Shown one piece after another: positions 27,871 to 64,000 of a DNA stretch of 64,000 nt (the first letter of the stretch is position 1; each line of letters opens with the position of its first letter). Below the pieces are notes generated by a model, which saw nothing but the letters and a program-made list of their open reading frames with translations, searched no databases and was not told the DNA's origin. The stretch lies in the NCBI GenBank assembly GCA_965112155.1, contig OZ218105.1. One strand, given 5' to 3'. This DNA comes from Podarcis liolepis. Taxonomy: Eukaryota. The translations under genes were made by a program, and so were the position numbers.

Positions 27871-28281
27871 AGCAGTCTGACTTCACCACCCCCATCGCCA
27901 ACACACATTACAGTAACTTAAGCTGCCACCCTTCTTCCTGTTGCCGACCGCACGCTATTTATTGTGGGCACGACGCATGCGCTTATTTCCCCGCCGCCGC
28001 CTCCCGAGTCGCGCGTGCGCGCTAGCACCAGCCCTCTTTCGCATCCGTGTTTTCCTGCCCCTCGCTGGCCGCGCGCACCCCTGTATGTGTGGGCGCGCGC
28101 GGCCGCTTCAGAGGCGCGTTCTGGCTTTTCACCCCCCCTCCCTCCCTCCCCTCAAGAGTTCGAACCGCCCAACCGCCTCTCCCTCCGCCATCGTTGCGTG
28201 AGGGGTGTGCGCGCGCGCGCACGCGCGCGCGACGGACCGAAGGCACAGGGGAGGGGGGAGGGAAAGGGGGAGGGGGCAATC

Positions 28282-62869
<34,588 letters not shown>

Positions 62870-64000
62870 GTTTGTGTCACAGTTCTAGCCTATTCCTGAT
62901 ACTTGGTACCTGCTAATCAATATTCCAGATACCTGCTAATTAATACCTGCTATAAAACTAGGGCAAAGGAAACCTGAATGCAGCTTGACAAAGAAAATAT
63001 TTGTACAGTACAAAGATTATGTTCCCTAATGTATAATGTCAATATAGTTACTTTTAAAATTTACTCTAATACTCCTATTGAACGTGTTTTGCCTGTGATT
63101 TTCAGTGCTTGTTGACTTGCAGTGTTTCTGCTGCTGCAGTTGTTTAAAGATTACACTGTCAGGTTTCAGCTCTTTTTGAGAAATCTTCATTGTTAATAGT
63201 TACTAAGGCTTTCTTTGCTAAGCATTCATCCGCTGTTTTCTCCCCTGGTTTTACCATGTTAATTAACACACTTGCAATGTACCTGTGGATTACTGATAAG
63301 CAAATTCTTGCTGTAAGGGTAGTTTGAAAACAGCTTCAGGTTGCTGCAGGCTGCACATGCATTTGTAGGAGATGCTTTAAGTATAGGGCAAGACCTATTA
63401 AGTATATTAGAGAAGGACCTAGAATATATAGTAGAAGTGGCGTTCACTTTGTAGCTTTGCTATTCTAAAATAAACATAAAACATAAGAGTTTACCGACAT
63501 ACTTTGTAAATAATAGTTGGGAGAAGGAAAATTCTGTATATCATAAAAGGTCATTCAGCCCATGCAGTAAGGCATATCTCCCTTTATCCATCCCTGAAGC
63601 TCTGCATTTCCTAGTTTAATCCAGCCAAATACTGCCTTAGGAAGCGCCCATGACATGCCCTAGGAAGCACTAGTGACCACCTGCCTCTTAAGGAGAGGCT
63701 CTGAGAACTGTGATTTCCAGTCTCTTACTCCCTTATCTAAACACACCTTTCCTTTTGTATCCTGTGACACAAATCCTTAGTCTCCATACCATACTGAAAG
63801 TAACACATTTTTTTTTCTTGTAATGTATACCCTTTCCTCCCTTTCCCTCCTCTTTCTCTCTGTCTCATGTTGAGTTTTAGATGGCTTGATTCTTGAAGCC
63901 ATGGGCTATGTTACTGGTTTCGTTGTTGCTGTTATTATGGACTCAGTGAGATAGATAACCGTTTATGGCAACATCAGATTTAAAAAGATTCAAAGAAAAA

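Overview
Vertebrate genomic DNA, almost certainly a squamate and probably a lacertid lizard, judged from its Sauria/Squam SINEs, Bov-B, L2, CR1, RTE, hAT/Tc1 MITEs and Penelope remnants. Bases 1-27.9 kb are repeat-rich intergenic sequence with candidate enhancer-like blocks and some minus-strand exon-like segments. A CpG-island promoter (~27.9-29.1 kb) precedes the + strand multi-C2H2 zinc-finger gene ZNF236. I traced 27 phase-consistent coding exons (28282-62869; 4878 nt, 1626 codons, 25 C2H2 fingers), and the gene continues past the window end. The most notable observations cluster in two places. Intron 7 holds an in-frame 72-nt candidate cassette exon (42016-42087). The 61.3-62.6 kb region has a GC-AG donor, a Penelope-derived hairpin carrying a one-mismatch hammerhead ribozyme core, a symmetric 159-nt exon missing from the human canonical protein as I recall it, and a candidate stop-containing exon. 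No prokaryotic-type system, CRISPR array, rRNA or tRNA gene was found. Comparisons with human ZNF236 are from memory and need checking.
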